Below, in pieces: positions 41,721-54,537 of a stretch of 64,000 nt of DNA; position 1 is the first letter of the stretch, and the number at the start of each line of letters is the position of its first letter. Location of the stretch: positions 8,184,001-8,248,000 of the forward strand of contig OX597814.1 in assembly GCA_951406725.2 (NCBI GenBank). Direction: 5' to 3'. Below the pieces are notes generated by a model. That model saw nothing but the letters and a program-made list of their open reading frames with translations. It was not told where the DNA came from and did no database searches. The DNA is from Octopus vulgaris (taxonomy: Eukaryota). The position numbers and the translations under genes were made by a program.

Positions 41721-42230
41721 CAAAAAGAGAAATGAAGTTCAGTGAGAGAAATATGTTGAGCTAGAGAGGAAGTATAGGGTGAAGAGAAAAGGAATCTATG
41801 TTGTGATTGAGGAATTAAAACAGGGGTCGAAAGCTAAAGCACATAAATTTAAAAGATATGAACAGAGAATTGAGCAATACAGATTGAACAGACTTTTCTT
41901 TGAACAAAATCAGAAACGACCCTATTAGGAACTGGATGGGAAAAAGAAAAAGGTGAAAAAGCCATGCCGGATGCTGAGGAAATCAGAAGATTCTGGTTAA
42001 ACATATGGTCTCTGGAGAAACAACATGAAACTGAAGACACTGAAAGAGGAGAGTGGAGAGTATAAGCAGGAGGATTTTAGAATATCTGAGGAGATGATTA
42101 GAGATCAGTACAGGAAAATTGCTGACTGAAAAGTGCCTGGCCCAGAGGGGGTTCAGGGCTTTGGGCTTAAAAACTTGACAGCTCTGCACAGGAGAATTGT
42201 GAGACAGCTGGACAAAATACTGAGAAGTGA
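41720..42230 (+). mobile_element. R4/Dong-type fragment (pre-RT region) in opposite orientation
   Basis: Degenerate translation ending in PGPEGVQGFGLKNL, homologous to the - strand copy at ~41600-41645. Confidence 0.6.
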
Positions 42231-42619
42231 CAACAAGAATCACCACAACAATAACAATTACAGCAACAACAACCACTTCACTGATCCTTCTACAGTACAT
42301 GTGCATGCACACATGTGCACACATGTGCACACGCAACATATGCGTTTGTAATCACCCACATGTTTTCACCTACCACTAAAATCAAAGGAAATTAAATTTA
42401 TTGCCGCTTTAGCGACCTCAGATCTTTTGAAGATGTTGAAAGCAACCTGTTGTCACTAAAGTGTCTAAAATTTGATAAAATTGTCCACAAAAGGTATGTG
42501 AGGAAGTTCTTTTGTTAAAAGTATTATTTTCAACTGTCTACAAACACTTCCAGGCTGAGATAATACATTCCTCCAAGATTAAATAAAACAAATTCTCAAA
42601 CTGAAGGGGCTGAAATTCT

Positions 42620-43410
42620 AGCATTGGGCGCAAAACATCCCATAGTCCCCATCCCCATCCCACCCGTGGCTACATGCCTGTAACCCACAAACATATTTCT
42701 CCTCATGCATTTTGAGTATTGAAAGTGTAGCAGATTCAGAATATTTACTGAGAATATGCACTTTCTCAAGTCTGTTTCAAAATTGCAGCCATTTGATGCA
42801 AAATGTTCAGCAAGTTCCGTCCAATTACCGTTATTGTGCCTGACGTCATATCTGTGCCCATTAAGTCTTTTGTTTAATTGTTCTTTTGTGCAACCAACAT
42901 AAACCAAGTTGTGTTTCGTGCATTCTGCTGCATACACCAAATGGGAATCTCTACATGTCCCACCTTCTGTATAAATTATAACATTTCTGATATGATACCT
43001 GATGGAATTCACTTGATTCATGTTGTTGTACAATGAACAGGGCTTACCTCTTTTGCAGCTGTTTTTCAGGGTACAGCATGCAGAAAAGTCCAATGTTAGT
43101 TTCCTTGGAGTCAGAAGTAGAGGTTAATAATTCTCTCATATTTTTATTCTGTCTAACAGCTACAATGGGCGACTGAGGAAATATTTGTTTTGAAACAAGG
43201 ATATTTTACTGCAACAAGCTGGTAACTTTCATTCAACACTTTTGAAATGCCAGGGAAATTTTGGTCCTAGATATTCACTAAAGGATTTCTGTCACACATT
43301 GTATTGTGTTTGCTAAAGTTATGTGTGAATTTGGTTTTACTTTCTTGGCTAATCTTAGCTATGGCATTTGCTATTTCCTTTAATCATGATTCACTGTAAC
43401 TGCATTTAAT
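42620..43410 (-). mobile_element. Penelope-like GIY-YIG endonuclease fragment
   Basis: ORF 42596-43093: TCRDSHLVYAAECTKHNLVYVGCT...KRLNGH...ELAEHF. Confidence 0.82.
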
Positions 43411-43414
43411 GACC

Positions 43415-44962
43415 TAAAACTATACGCTACAAAATGACAAACAGCTGGAAACACTACAAAAGGCAGTTCATGGATTTACCAAAGAAATAGATATGAAATT
43501 TTGATTAGAAAAATGCACTAAAGAAACCCTGGAAAGAGGAAAACTAGTTAAGAGTAGCAACATCACACTAGCAAATGAAATAAGAGAATTAGACCAAAGC
43601 CAAACTTACAAATATTTAGGAGTCCATGAACTAGATAAGACACAACACACACAAATGAAAGAGAAGATAAAGAAAGAATACTATAGATGAGTTAGATCAA
43701 TACTGAAAACAGAGCTCAATGCTAAAAATAAGATAATAGGTATTAACACTTTAACCGTCCCAGTTATAAGTTACAGCTACAATATCCTTAAATGGACACT
43801 AAATGAACTGACCAAAGTAGATAGGAAAACATGAAAAATACTGACAGGATCTAGGATACGTCACCCAAAATCTGACATAGAAAGACTATATATACAACGT
43901 ATAGAAGGTGGTAGAGGCCTTATACAGCTGGAAAACTACTATAAAATAACCACCATAGGACTGCAAAAATACCTACTTCAGAAGCAAGGAAAACTGATGC
44001 AAATAGCGGAAAAAACACGAGCAAAACAAAAAACTGTTCTCAGTATTTAAGGAAGCTGACAAATACAAACAAGAAATCATACCACCTAACAAATATGAAG
44101 AAGAAGAAGAAGAAGAAGAAGAAGAAGAAGAAGAAGAAGGAGGAGGAGGAGGAGGAGGAGGCTATAAAGCAAATGAAATCCAAACTAAAACTAGAACAGC
44201 AACGAACCATGATAAAACGATGGCAAGAAAAGCCTCTTCATGGCAAATACTGGACTAAACTAAACGCAAAAGAAATAGACAAAGAAAAATCCCAGCAATG
44301 GTTGAGAAGCTCAGGATTCAAAGCAGAAACAGAGGGATTTTTAATTGCAGCACAAGACCAAAGCCTCCTCGCCAGAAATTACCGAAAACATGTAATGAAA
44401 AGAAATATAACAAGTAACTGCAGAATATGTGGAGATGGACAAGAAACAATAAATCGTATTATCTCTGGCTGCCCAGTCCTGGCTGAGAAGGAATATATTC
44501 ACAGACACAACAGAGCTGGGACCTACATATACTGGAAGCTCTGCTAACACTATGGAATACCAACAGAAAAAAGATGGTATAGGCACACACCAGAAAAGGT
44601 CACAGAAAACAAGAAAGCAACCATACTATGGTATATGCCAATACACACAAATAAAGAAATTAAAGCCAATAAGCTGAATTTAGTTGTCAGAGATCACGAA
44701 GGAAAAAAAATGCTTTCTAATTGCTGTATCAATACCGGCAGATGACAACGTGTCTCTAACAGAAAGGGAGAAACTTTCAAAATGCAAAGCCCTGGAATAC
44801 GGAGTCTAAAAACAGAAACAATTCCAATCATTAGCTATGATAAAAAAAAAATTCAGACAAGTACATAACAAAAACACCAGGGCTTACAAGTATATATAAC
44901 GTAGAGGAAATAGCACAACTAGGCACTGCACACATCCTACGCAGAACACTTTCAATACAGTA
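43415..44962 (+). mobile_element. R4/Dong-type 3' fragment with an internal (GAA)n expansion
   Basis: YKYLG, GGRGL, KPLHGKY, ETEGFLIAAQDQ, CRICG...ISGC, YIHRHN. Confidence 0.85.
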
Positions 44963-44999
44963 ATGCTGTCTTTGTCAAGTTCAAAATAAGAAGTGATAA

Positions 45000-47390
45000 A
45001 AATTCAGAATTATAGAAATTTAAGTTTAAAGTATGAACGAGAACAACCAGCATCCACACATTGATGGAATGACATCATCAGTCTTTAAGCATTTGTACTG
45101 ACATAGGGGATTACTGGAAACATGCAATGCTTTTGTGCATCGTTATGTCAACTGCAGCTATAGAGAATCACGATTAAAGGAAATAGCAAATGAAATAGCT
45201 AAGCTTAGCAAAGATAGTCAAACCTTCATGCCTAATTTTAACAAACACATTACAATTGAATTCCTTTAGTGATTAACCGGCACCGAAATTTTGCTGGCCT
45301 TTCAAAAGTGATGCATAGAAGTTACCAGCGTGTGGTGAACAAATGTCTTCGTTTCAAACAGATACATCCTCAGCCTCCTATTGTAACCTTTAGACGGAAT
45401 AAGAATATAAGAGAATTATTGACCGCTACTTCTGACTCCAAGAAAATGTACATTGGAATATGCTGTACCTTGAAAAACAGCCACAAGAGAGGTAAGCCCT
45501 GTTCATTGTGCAACAATATGGGTCAAGTGAATTCTGTCCTGAATCATATCAGAAATGTTATGATTTTTACAGACGGTGGGACATGTGGAGATTCCCATTT
45601 GGTGTACGTGGCAGAATGCACGAAACACGACTTGATTTATGTTGGTTGTACAACAGAATAATTAAACGAAAGACTTAATGGGCACAGATATGACATCGGG
45701 CACAATAAGTGGACAGAACTTGCTGAACATTTAGCTTTTGAAAAATATTCTGAATCTGCTTCACTTTCACTCCTCAGTATTAAAGAGATGAAAGAGGCTG
45801 AAGTGAGAAAGGAGGAAGAAGAAAGGCGAAATGTACATTTGGTGCAATGCAGTCAACAGGGACAGTGCCTGAGATGGGCGGAATATGTGATCAGTCGCAG
45901 AATCTCATTGCAGGAACTTTGGGCTTGGTCGAACAAGCAAGAACATCCTTCCTGATCAAGTCTACCTTCGACGTTCTACCCTCACCGACAAACTTAGTCC
46001 AGTGGAACATAAAAACAACCGATGAGTGTAGATGTGGAGAGAAAGCGATGTTTAGACATGTTCTGTCAAACTGCAGACTAGCACTAGAAAAGTATACATG
46101 GCGTCATAATCAAGTCCTCGGCATCATAAGTGCAGCACTCAAGGAGAAGATCGAGGGATACAATAGGGGAGAGTACCCAAAAGTAGAAAGGCGCAGGAAA
46201 GTATACTTCCAGAAGGAGGAAAAGGATATAAAACCAGGCCTACAAGTAAAGTATACGAGATAGACGAGAAATGGAAGGGATACTGGGAGGTGGCCACGGA
46301 TTTAGGAAGACTAGTAATATTTCCACTCATAAAAATGACAAAAAGACCAGATTTAGTCCTATGGGACAGAGAATGGAGAATAGGAATTTTGCTAGAACTG
46401 ACAGTGTCATGGGAAGAGAACATCGACAATGCAGAGAAACGAAAGGAGATGAGGTACGAAAAGCTAATCGAAGAATGCAGAGAACAGGGATGGACTGTCG
46501 AGTATTACCACCTGGCAGTGGGGGCTAGGGGCTTCATTGAAAGGAAAATGACAACGCTATTCAAAAGAAGATTTGCATTTTCTAGCTTGGAATTGGGAAA
46601 GCTAATAAGGAGAATACAGGAGGCAGTCGAAAAAGCCAGCTTCTATATATGGCTGAAGCGGGAAAACCAAAAATGGCTTGAAAATCATAAACATACCGGC
46701 AGGAGAATAACATCACTAGGTGAGACAGGCTGACACTGAATTAGCTTCGCTGATTGACAGGTGACGGTCTTGTTTAAAGAATGCATGGGCCAACACTACG
46801 TGCCCTTCATTGGTCAGTTAAAGTTGAGACAGTGTCACGTGACAACTTGCTGGAGCCTAGCAGCAGGTATTTAAAGGGAAATTTGACAAGACAGGCAGTC
46901 GCCTGCTGATACTCGTTGACGCTACATCGAAGAGGGTAGGGAGCAGAAGAAAAGAAGGAGAAAGAAGACATGCACTCAGCACCAGAGCTGAAGACATCTC
47001 CAAAAGGGGGAGGGCACCACGTCAAAACAGTAGAGGAGTAGGGGACGAAACTGGATGTGGTTCTTCCTGATGATGTCTTGAGCTAACTGGATGATTCTGT
47101 AAAGGAGTTGTTGTGGTAGCAGACCATGAAACACAGTTGAAATTCCTGCATGAGGAGAAATATGTTTGTGGGTTATTAACATCATGCCCTGAAGGAATGA
47201 ATAAGATGACAGGAGAATATCATCAAATTTATACAAAACTGTTTGATTAAATATTCTTCTTTTTCCTTTCCTTTTTTCCTCACCTCTTTCTTTTTGCCTG
47301 TTATAAAATTGAAACTTAAAGATTGATGATGTCATTCCATCAACGTGTGGATGCTGGTTGCTCTCGTTCATACTTCAAATTTAATATTTC
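45000..47390 (+). mobile_element. Second Penelope-like copy of the same family, split by a HERO-like insertion, with an inverted terminal segment
   Basis: ORF 45269-45661 matches 42596-43093; homology stops at ~45770 and resumes at 47147 (TGCATGAGGAGAAATATGTTTGTGGGTTA); 45020-45090 is an inverted copy of 47316-47385. Confidence 0.75.
45775..47146 (+). mobile_element. HERO/NeSL-like RLE retrotransposon 3' fragment
   Basis: SFLIKSTFDVLPSPTNLVQW, CRCG...HVLSNC, YTWRHNQVL, RPDLVLW, ELTVSWEENI, VGARGF. Confidence 0.8.
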
Positions 47391-47479
47391 AAACTCAACA
47401 AGTATAGACTTACTGTCGACATATCATTCAACCAATAAAACATCCATTACTATCGCATCGTGCTCTTCGTCTTGTCTTA

Positions 47480-47547
<68 letters not shown>

Positions 47548-47978
47548 ATAGCAATATTGCAATTTCTTGACACACCCTCTGTATGGTGGATGTGTCAGAG
47601 TTCACCGCTTGTCTCTGACCCCAATATAATCATCCAGTCCCCTCCACTTCATCAGTGTCAGCAGTACTCGGGTCACCTTATGAACCCCGTACTTTTTTCC
47701 TTAAACATATTTTTTTCGTTCTTCTCCTCATTGACTCTCAGCATTGTTCATTCGTGTCTCCACCACCACCACCACCACCACCAGTGCAGCCATGGTGGCA
47801 GGCCAGAAATTGGTCAATATCCATGAAAGACAGGCCATCAGGGACAAACCCAGCAACGTCACAGTGGATACTTTGTGAGATGAATGTTTTTCTTTGTATT
47901 TGATCACCCTGCAGGACAAAAACCGGGCAAAAGGTGGAGGGTCTCAGCTTCAATCAATGACCATCCAGACAGTATTTC

Positions 47979-48014
<36 letters not shown>

Positions 48015-49589
48015 GCTGCTGAAGACAGCCTTGTTATTGTCATATCGTTGTACACTATGATAATAGCAGTAATGATAATGTGTACCTGCCGAGACCAGAG
48101 AAGATAGAGAGGTCCCCTTTATTGGGTTAGGTCTACGACAATGGGAGGAAGGTCTCTTTTGCCTTAGAGATGGTTGCTTTTGGTTGTAACACCACAGTCC
48201 TCTTTATGAGTGAAATGCCAAATAAAAATTATCATCACAACACTGAATCCCCAAGTAAAAGCCTTTTGCGACCTACTGTACATCCAGGTGGGCTTGGTCG
48301 TTTATTCGAATACTTCTGCAAAGTTGAGAAGAAGATGATCTCAGAATGACAAAAGGGCCACAATGGAATGTTATGGCAGAAGTGAGTCTACCAAACTAGG
48401 ATACAGGAAATGGAGGCATGAAATATGCATAGAGAAACACATGTTCCCTCTCTCCGAATATTGTTCTGTGAAATCCTTTGTAAATTAAAGTCTCCGTCTA
48501 ACTTATGCTAGCATGAAAAAGTGGGGCGATGGGTGGAAGCTGCAGTCTGGGATCAAGAAAAAAAAGACCAGGATTAGAGTCATGGCATCTGGAATGTCAT
48601 CTGGCATTCACTGGCAATCAAGTATTGTGGTCATGGAAGTTCTATATTGGCAATATATAGAAATCTATTGGCAGGAAAGAGCAATGACATTCTCAGGAAA
48701 ACATTAGGCGTTGACCAGTATGAAGCATCTGGTCTGCTTTGGAGGACATTCAGGCCAGGAATTAGCACAGGTAGTTTCCAGAAATTCTTGGTCTGGCTAC
48801 CGAGGAGCAGCGCTGGCATAAACTCTATGGATGGGACTGGCTGAGATGCCCTCGTACAGTGTCCAAGCATTTCTGATCTGCAGAGTCATGTTGAACAGCT
48901 GTTGGCACATGTAGGAAGGATCTGGCTATGAGTTGAGTCTGTTTTGAGGATTACCCCATCACTGACCTTTAAGAAAGCAGGGCAGATGATGTTTCTCTCC
49001 CTAGAGAAAGGGCTTGTGTGGTGGACGAGGCCGAAAAAAATTAAGGAAAGACACCTTCCACTTCAGTTAAACCCAGATCCCTTTTTTTTTTTAAAGTTCC
49101 ATTTGGAAAAGAAATTGAGGGTGGAGAGGGAAGGTGGCTGACTGGTAAGAATGATTAGGGTGAATGAAGCTCCTTTAGGCATGCACCTGGTGAGTGGAGG
49201 GCAACAGAGGAGTGAGGACTCGTGCCCTTCATGGTCAGGGTGATCCTGGATCTGTGGGGTTCATTGATTGGTGCTTTCTTTCCCTTCAGCCTTTATGTGA
49301 CCCCCCCCCACACACACACACACAGATTGTAAAATGTCCGAGTAATGCCCCTCACTTGTGGCAAATAAAAGAAATCATCATCGTCATCATTATCATCATC
49401 ATCATCATCATCATAATTATTGCATTCTATATTAATCGGCAGGGATGTTGCCTTGATGTTTAATGACAGCAGGTCACCTCAAATCCGAAGAATCTTTCTC
49501 TATTTACATAACAGTCTGCTAGTTATAAAGCTTTTTTGAGTACTGCCTCCTCCGAGTATTGCCTTTTGGCGATACCTCACACACACACA

Positions 49590-49720
49590 CACACAAATCC
49601 TGTGATGTCCACAGTTTCTCTCTTCCAAATATCAGTCGCAAGGCTCTGGTCATCTTGAGGCTGCGGTAGAAAATACTTGCTCAAGGTGCTGTTGGACAGT
49701 GGGATTGAACTAGAACCAAT
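49590..49720 (-). mobile_element. Decayed tRNA-type SINE fragment
   Basis: Reverse complement GGTTCTAGTTCAATCCCACTG resembles a Pol III B box; adjacent (CA)n. Family recognised by eye only. Confidence 0.4.
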
Positions 49721-49956
49721 TAATTGTACAGGGAACCTCATAATCCTCTTGGCTATAGAGCAAACAAAGGGGCCCCTAAGTGATGACTTGATCTGCTAGA
49801 AAAGGCAGTTAAATTTTCTTCATCTTAAACAAGGAAGGACACTTGGGGGTGTTTATGGTCGGAATGTCTTTGACCTGGTTCTACACCAACACAACCATGC
49901 CCTCCACTCATAAATAATGACATTTTCTCAATTTCTTCTGCTCTTTTGATTTTCAG

Positions 49957-50192
49957 ATGCAGAAAATGTCGTCAAAAAGAAGGTCCATAATGTAAGCAAA
50001 CATGAACTTCAAGTGGACTGGTATAAAAATCTAGTCTGGCAAGAAGATGCAATGATTGTGTCAAATGGCCACAAAGACATGTCAGAAAAAATGTTAACTG
50101 ATTTTTTGGAAGAGAACAGGAAATTAGAAATTGTACATGTCTTCCTGGAAGAAATCCTGGAACTTTTCTTGTGTATTGCAAAAATGAAATTG
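49957..50192 (+). CDS. Next coding exon of the PARP14-like RRM gene (end of RRM1, start of RRM2)
   Basis: TTTTGATTTTCAG acceptor, TTG|GTAAGT donor; the phase-1 join gives ESEK-DAENVVKKKVHNVSKHELQVDWY, completing the RRM. Confidence 0.8.
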
Positions 50193-50559
50193 GTAAGTTT
50201 CTTCAAGTTTGATTTGTTCTGAAAAAGATTTCTTGGATTTTCTATTATTCTTTTACACCTTTCAGTCATTTGATTTAACCACCTTTAGTCAAAGAAATCT
50301 TTGTACTTTTTCTATTGGTCTCTTTTGTTGATCTGCTAAGTTTTGGAGACATAAACACACCAACATCAGTTGTCAAGTGATGGTGGGTATACAAACACAG
50401 ACAGAAAACATATATATATATGTACTAGCATTAAAGACCCGTCGTTGCCGGGTCATAGTGCTAGTGCATGTATATATGTGTATATATATGTGTACATCTA
50501 TATATATATACATCTACACATAAAATACAAAATACAAAGTTATATCTTGATATCGCTGG

Positions 50560-50889
50560 CGATAACAGTACTCAAAATATATAACAGACTGGAATTGTTA
50601 GCCCGTCTCTTGTAATTTCAATCACTTGTATCTTGTCCTCCCTCTTGTATAGAAGTGTGGCTACAATCCAGTGGGGGGGGGGGCATTTAAAATTTTTTCC
50701 GGGACGTCCTACGTCCCAGATATAAAGGTAAAAATAAAATATTTCCACTTTGCAAGTTAAAGTCGAGTACTCCCTTGCACGCTCCGTTGACTCGAACCTT
50801 GCTTCTATTGTGGCGAATTTACCGCCTCTGATTAGATACCTTTCATAGTCGCACCAAGACACTTTTCGAAGGTGCTTTCCTCCATGTTG
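50560..50889 (-). pseudogene. ORF1 relic of an older Tx1-type family, the insertion site of the young elements
   Basis: MEESTFEKCL, then after a frameshift YLIRGGKFATIEARFESTERAREYSTLT, homologous to IEKCL...YITRGSRFGTVEVRFPSKEKAREHST. Confidence 0.75.
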
Positions 50890-51133
50890 TTTTATTATTA
50901 CCCACAAGGGGCGAACATAGATGGGACAATACAATCTGATGATGGGGTCAGACACACGAATGGGTTTTTACAATAAATCGAATTTAAAAATTTTCATGAA
51001 TTACAATAAATGGACAGAAATCGAATGATGGGACAGACCGGAAGACATTACGGGTGGAGTGGGTGCGGGTTTAGCTCGGACCCCACGAGCCCCGCCTCCC
51101 CACTGATACTTTTGGTTGCGCTTGGTATTACAT

Positions 51134-54100
51134 TTATGTTGTATCTTTCACTCGCAACTTTCGTGCTACATCCTTCCATCGTTCTTCATACACTCTCCTA
51201 GTCAGGCATATTCTCTCCAGCCCTATCTTCCTTTTCAGGTGAAAGATGAAATAATTCATCAAACCAGGGCCGGAGATGAACTTGCCTGACTGTAAACCTT
51301 TCATTCTCGTCTTCCATATCACCTCTTTCGCAATTGCTACTACAACGAGAAAACGAAACTTACCTTCATTCACGAGGAAATCCGGTGGGTCAATTTTTGT
51401 AATCGACTCAGTCGACAGCTGTACTCTTCGTGTACCTGACAACAGCTGTTCGGCATAAACCCACACCTCAGACACGTCCGGACAATGAACAATAGCGTGC
51501 GGGACGGTTTCCCTATCCCGCCCGCATCTTGGACATATCGGACTGTCTTGGCCACCGTGCCTTGCGAGTTTATCCCGAACAGGTAGAGCTCCTCTGTAGC
51601 ATTGCCATGCCAGAGACTTCTGGAAGTTGTCCAGTGTCCTCGGCTTGAACGTACGTCGGAACAAACTGGCCAGCTGATTATCGTCGAGACCTAGGGTTTC
51701 CCCCAAGGTATCTTCACATTCCGCCTCTACCAACCCTCTATAGAAGAATGTGGTGGAACCCCCACCGCAGGCGTTGCCCGAGCGACGGAATAGCAGGAGA
51801 GCCTTGCGACACTCCGTGTACCAAGTACCAAGTTTCGATCTACGATTCAGCCAGGTTTCCCATCCACCGAAACTAGTGAACTTGGGAAACATCAGTTTTG
51901 CTAGCGAAGACCACACCCGTTCACCATCCAGGTAGAGCCACAGATGTCTTAACCTCAGCGCATGTCTGCGCATCATCAGCCAAGGCATCCCTAGCCCACC
52001 CTTTAACGGTTGTTGACAGCAAGTAGAGCGTTTCACAAGTGGTTTCCCGCCCTTCCACAAGAAGTAGAAGAGCTGTCTTTCCAACTTGATCAACCACGAA
52101 TCAGGGCAAGGAACGACGGAAAGGCGGTAGGTGATAACCGATGCGATAAACACATTGGCCACCTCCGCCCTCCCTTTCAGGGATAGCCACCGCCAAGACC
52201 AGGTCTTGGCTACTGCAAGCCACCTTGCTCGTTACCTCGCCCCAATTCTTCTCTATTTGGAGGTCTGGACCGAACCAGACCCCTAGCAGTTTAATCGGAC
52301 CCTCCGTCCAACGTCCCACGACGCTGTCAGGAGGCATCGACTTGCCTCTCCAGGTGCCGAGTTGCAAGCCGACTGACTTTTCGCGATTAACTTTTGCTCC
52401 TGTCACCGTCTCGTAAACCTCTATGGCCTTGCCTACTTTACATAGGTGGTCCATTTCGGTTACGATGATGGTGATGTCATCCGCGTACGCTGACACTGAT
52501 TTTCCATTACCTGGCTGTCTCGGGATGCCGCTCAGTTTTCGCAGTAATGGCTCAAGAGCCATCACGTACAAAAGCGGGGAGAGCGGACACCCTTGACGAA
52601 CCGAGCGTTTGATTTTGAACGGCTTCGACAAGAAGCCGTTCACCCGAACTACCGAGTCGATGTTATCATAAATTTGGATAATCCACCTGAGGAAGCCAAG
52701 GCTCAGCCCGAACTGTGCCAGGGCAGATACCAGGTAACGATGGTCGACCCTATCAAAAGCTTTAGATTGGTCTAAATGGACCAGTGCCCCACCCTTGCCA
52801 GAATCACTATTAAACCCCTCTATAGTGTACCGCATTAGATGGAGATTATCCTGAATGGATCTGCCCGGAACGGCACATGTCTGTGCCTCTCCGATCAGAC
52901 CATCCGCGACACGCGCCAATCTTTTCGATAACACTTTGGCCAAAATCTTCAACTCTGTGTTTAGCAGAGTGATGGGCCTGAAATTATCAATGCACTCCCC
53001 CTTGCTCGGGTCCTTTCTGACGAGAGTCACTACTCCCCGGCGCACAGATCTGGGTATAAGCCCGTTCTGCTGCCAGTTCGCATAGACCTCCGCCAGTAGG
53101 TGCCCGAACAAGTCTGGCATACTCTTATATAACTCATAGGGTAGACCATCCAAACCCGGCGCCTTGCCCGCGCCGCAGTCCGCCATTGCCTCAACCACCT
53201 CCTCAGGCGTGATTGGCCCTTCACAGCCCTCCGCATCTCGCCCCGATAAGCGCGGCAGCCCGTCGAGTAGGTCCGTAAAGGCCCTCCTCCTATCCAGTCC
53301 GCCGCACTCACCGAAAAGCTGAGCGAAGTGCTCCTGAAAGGCCTCACACATCTCCTCGGGTTCGTTTATCAACTCACCTTGTTGGTTCGTCAAAGATCGA
53401 ATCGTGGCATCGTTACCATGCTGAGCTTCCACCACTCGGGCCCATCTCACGGCGTTGATTCCTTCACATCCCATATGGCGGATTCTAGCCCTGACAATGC
53501 AGCCCATGTGTTTGGCCTCGAGGTGCTGGTTTAACACCAGTCTCTTGGACGCCACCTGAGCCGCAGAGCCAGTTTTCATGGCTTCCTCTAATTCCTTAAC
53601 TAGAGTAGTTTCCCTTCTAGCCTCTCTAGCCACTACTCCTATGCTATATCTAATAGACTCAAACTTGATGGCTCGTTTGAGGGCGTACCACCATTTGTTA
53701 TTAATGATGGTACCAGATAGTGCCCTCTGAATTATATTCCTAATCCGGTCTTTGTACTCCTTAATCGCCAAAAGGGACGTATTAAGTTTCCAGTAACCGG
53801 ATCCTCTATTTTTAACCTTATCTATGTCAAGCTTACAAGTGACCATTTTATGATCACTGTAGCTGATCGGGTAAAACTGTGGACACTTAGCTATTTTACT
53901 GTCTACTTTTCTAATTAGTATTCTATCTAAATATGACCTGGAAGATCCGTCGCTGTTTGACCATGTCCACAATGGAGCGTTCGGAAATTCCAGCCTATAA
54001 GGATCTGCTAGCTCAAAGCGGCTTAGCAGTTCCATGAAGCCACTGTTGCCTTTTCTATCTGGACGCGAGCCAACACAATCTACATCCGCTTTGCAAATTG

Positions 54101-54529
54101 TGTTAAAGTCTCCTAGCACCACTAATGAATGCGAAGTACCAAGAAAGTTTTCTAGTTCACGAAAATAATCACTTTGCCCTGTATGGTTGGGTGCGTAAAT
54201 TGCAACCAGTCTGATAACTTTACCATTACTGAACGTCAAATCCATGACGACCAGCCTACCTTCTGGATCTGCAAAAATTAACTTTTTCCAGAAACCCGGT
54301 TTCTTTTTAATAGGACCAACACCCCACTCCCGCCTGTAGGACTGCCAGGAGAGAAAAAACTCTCGTAGCCGTCAAACAGCGGGAGTAGACCTCTTGGCCC
54401 CTCTAACCGGGTTTCTGTAGCAACAATAACATCTAAATTACGCGACCTGATATCATGCAGGAAGCGACCTTGCTTCCAGCCTGCTCCCAGGCCGCGCACA
54501 TTCAAACAACCAACATAAATGTAATCCAT
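51134..54529 (-). CDS. Copy A ORF2: APE, RT and Cys/His domain, ~1131 aa once two 1-nt indels (~54290, ~52218) are corrected
   Basis: ORFs 54278-54529, 52101-54245, 51134-52162; GDFN, SDH, LDQSKAFDRVDH, VRQGCPLSP, YADD, CPRC...H...C. Confidence 0.9.
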
Positions 54530-54537
54530 TACTTACC

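Noticed and set aside
48270-49140. Possible very old - strand LINE RT remnant
   Set aside because: Only faint motif echoes; cannot be supported without a profile search.
50423-50455. Helitron-like end (ACTAGC...GACCCGTCGTTGCCGGGTC hairpin), with a similar inverse motif at ~63513-63542
   Set aside because: Short motifs; the two lie on opposite sides of an assembly gap and no element boundaries can be defined.
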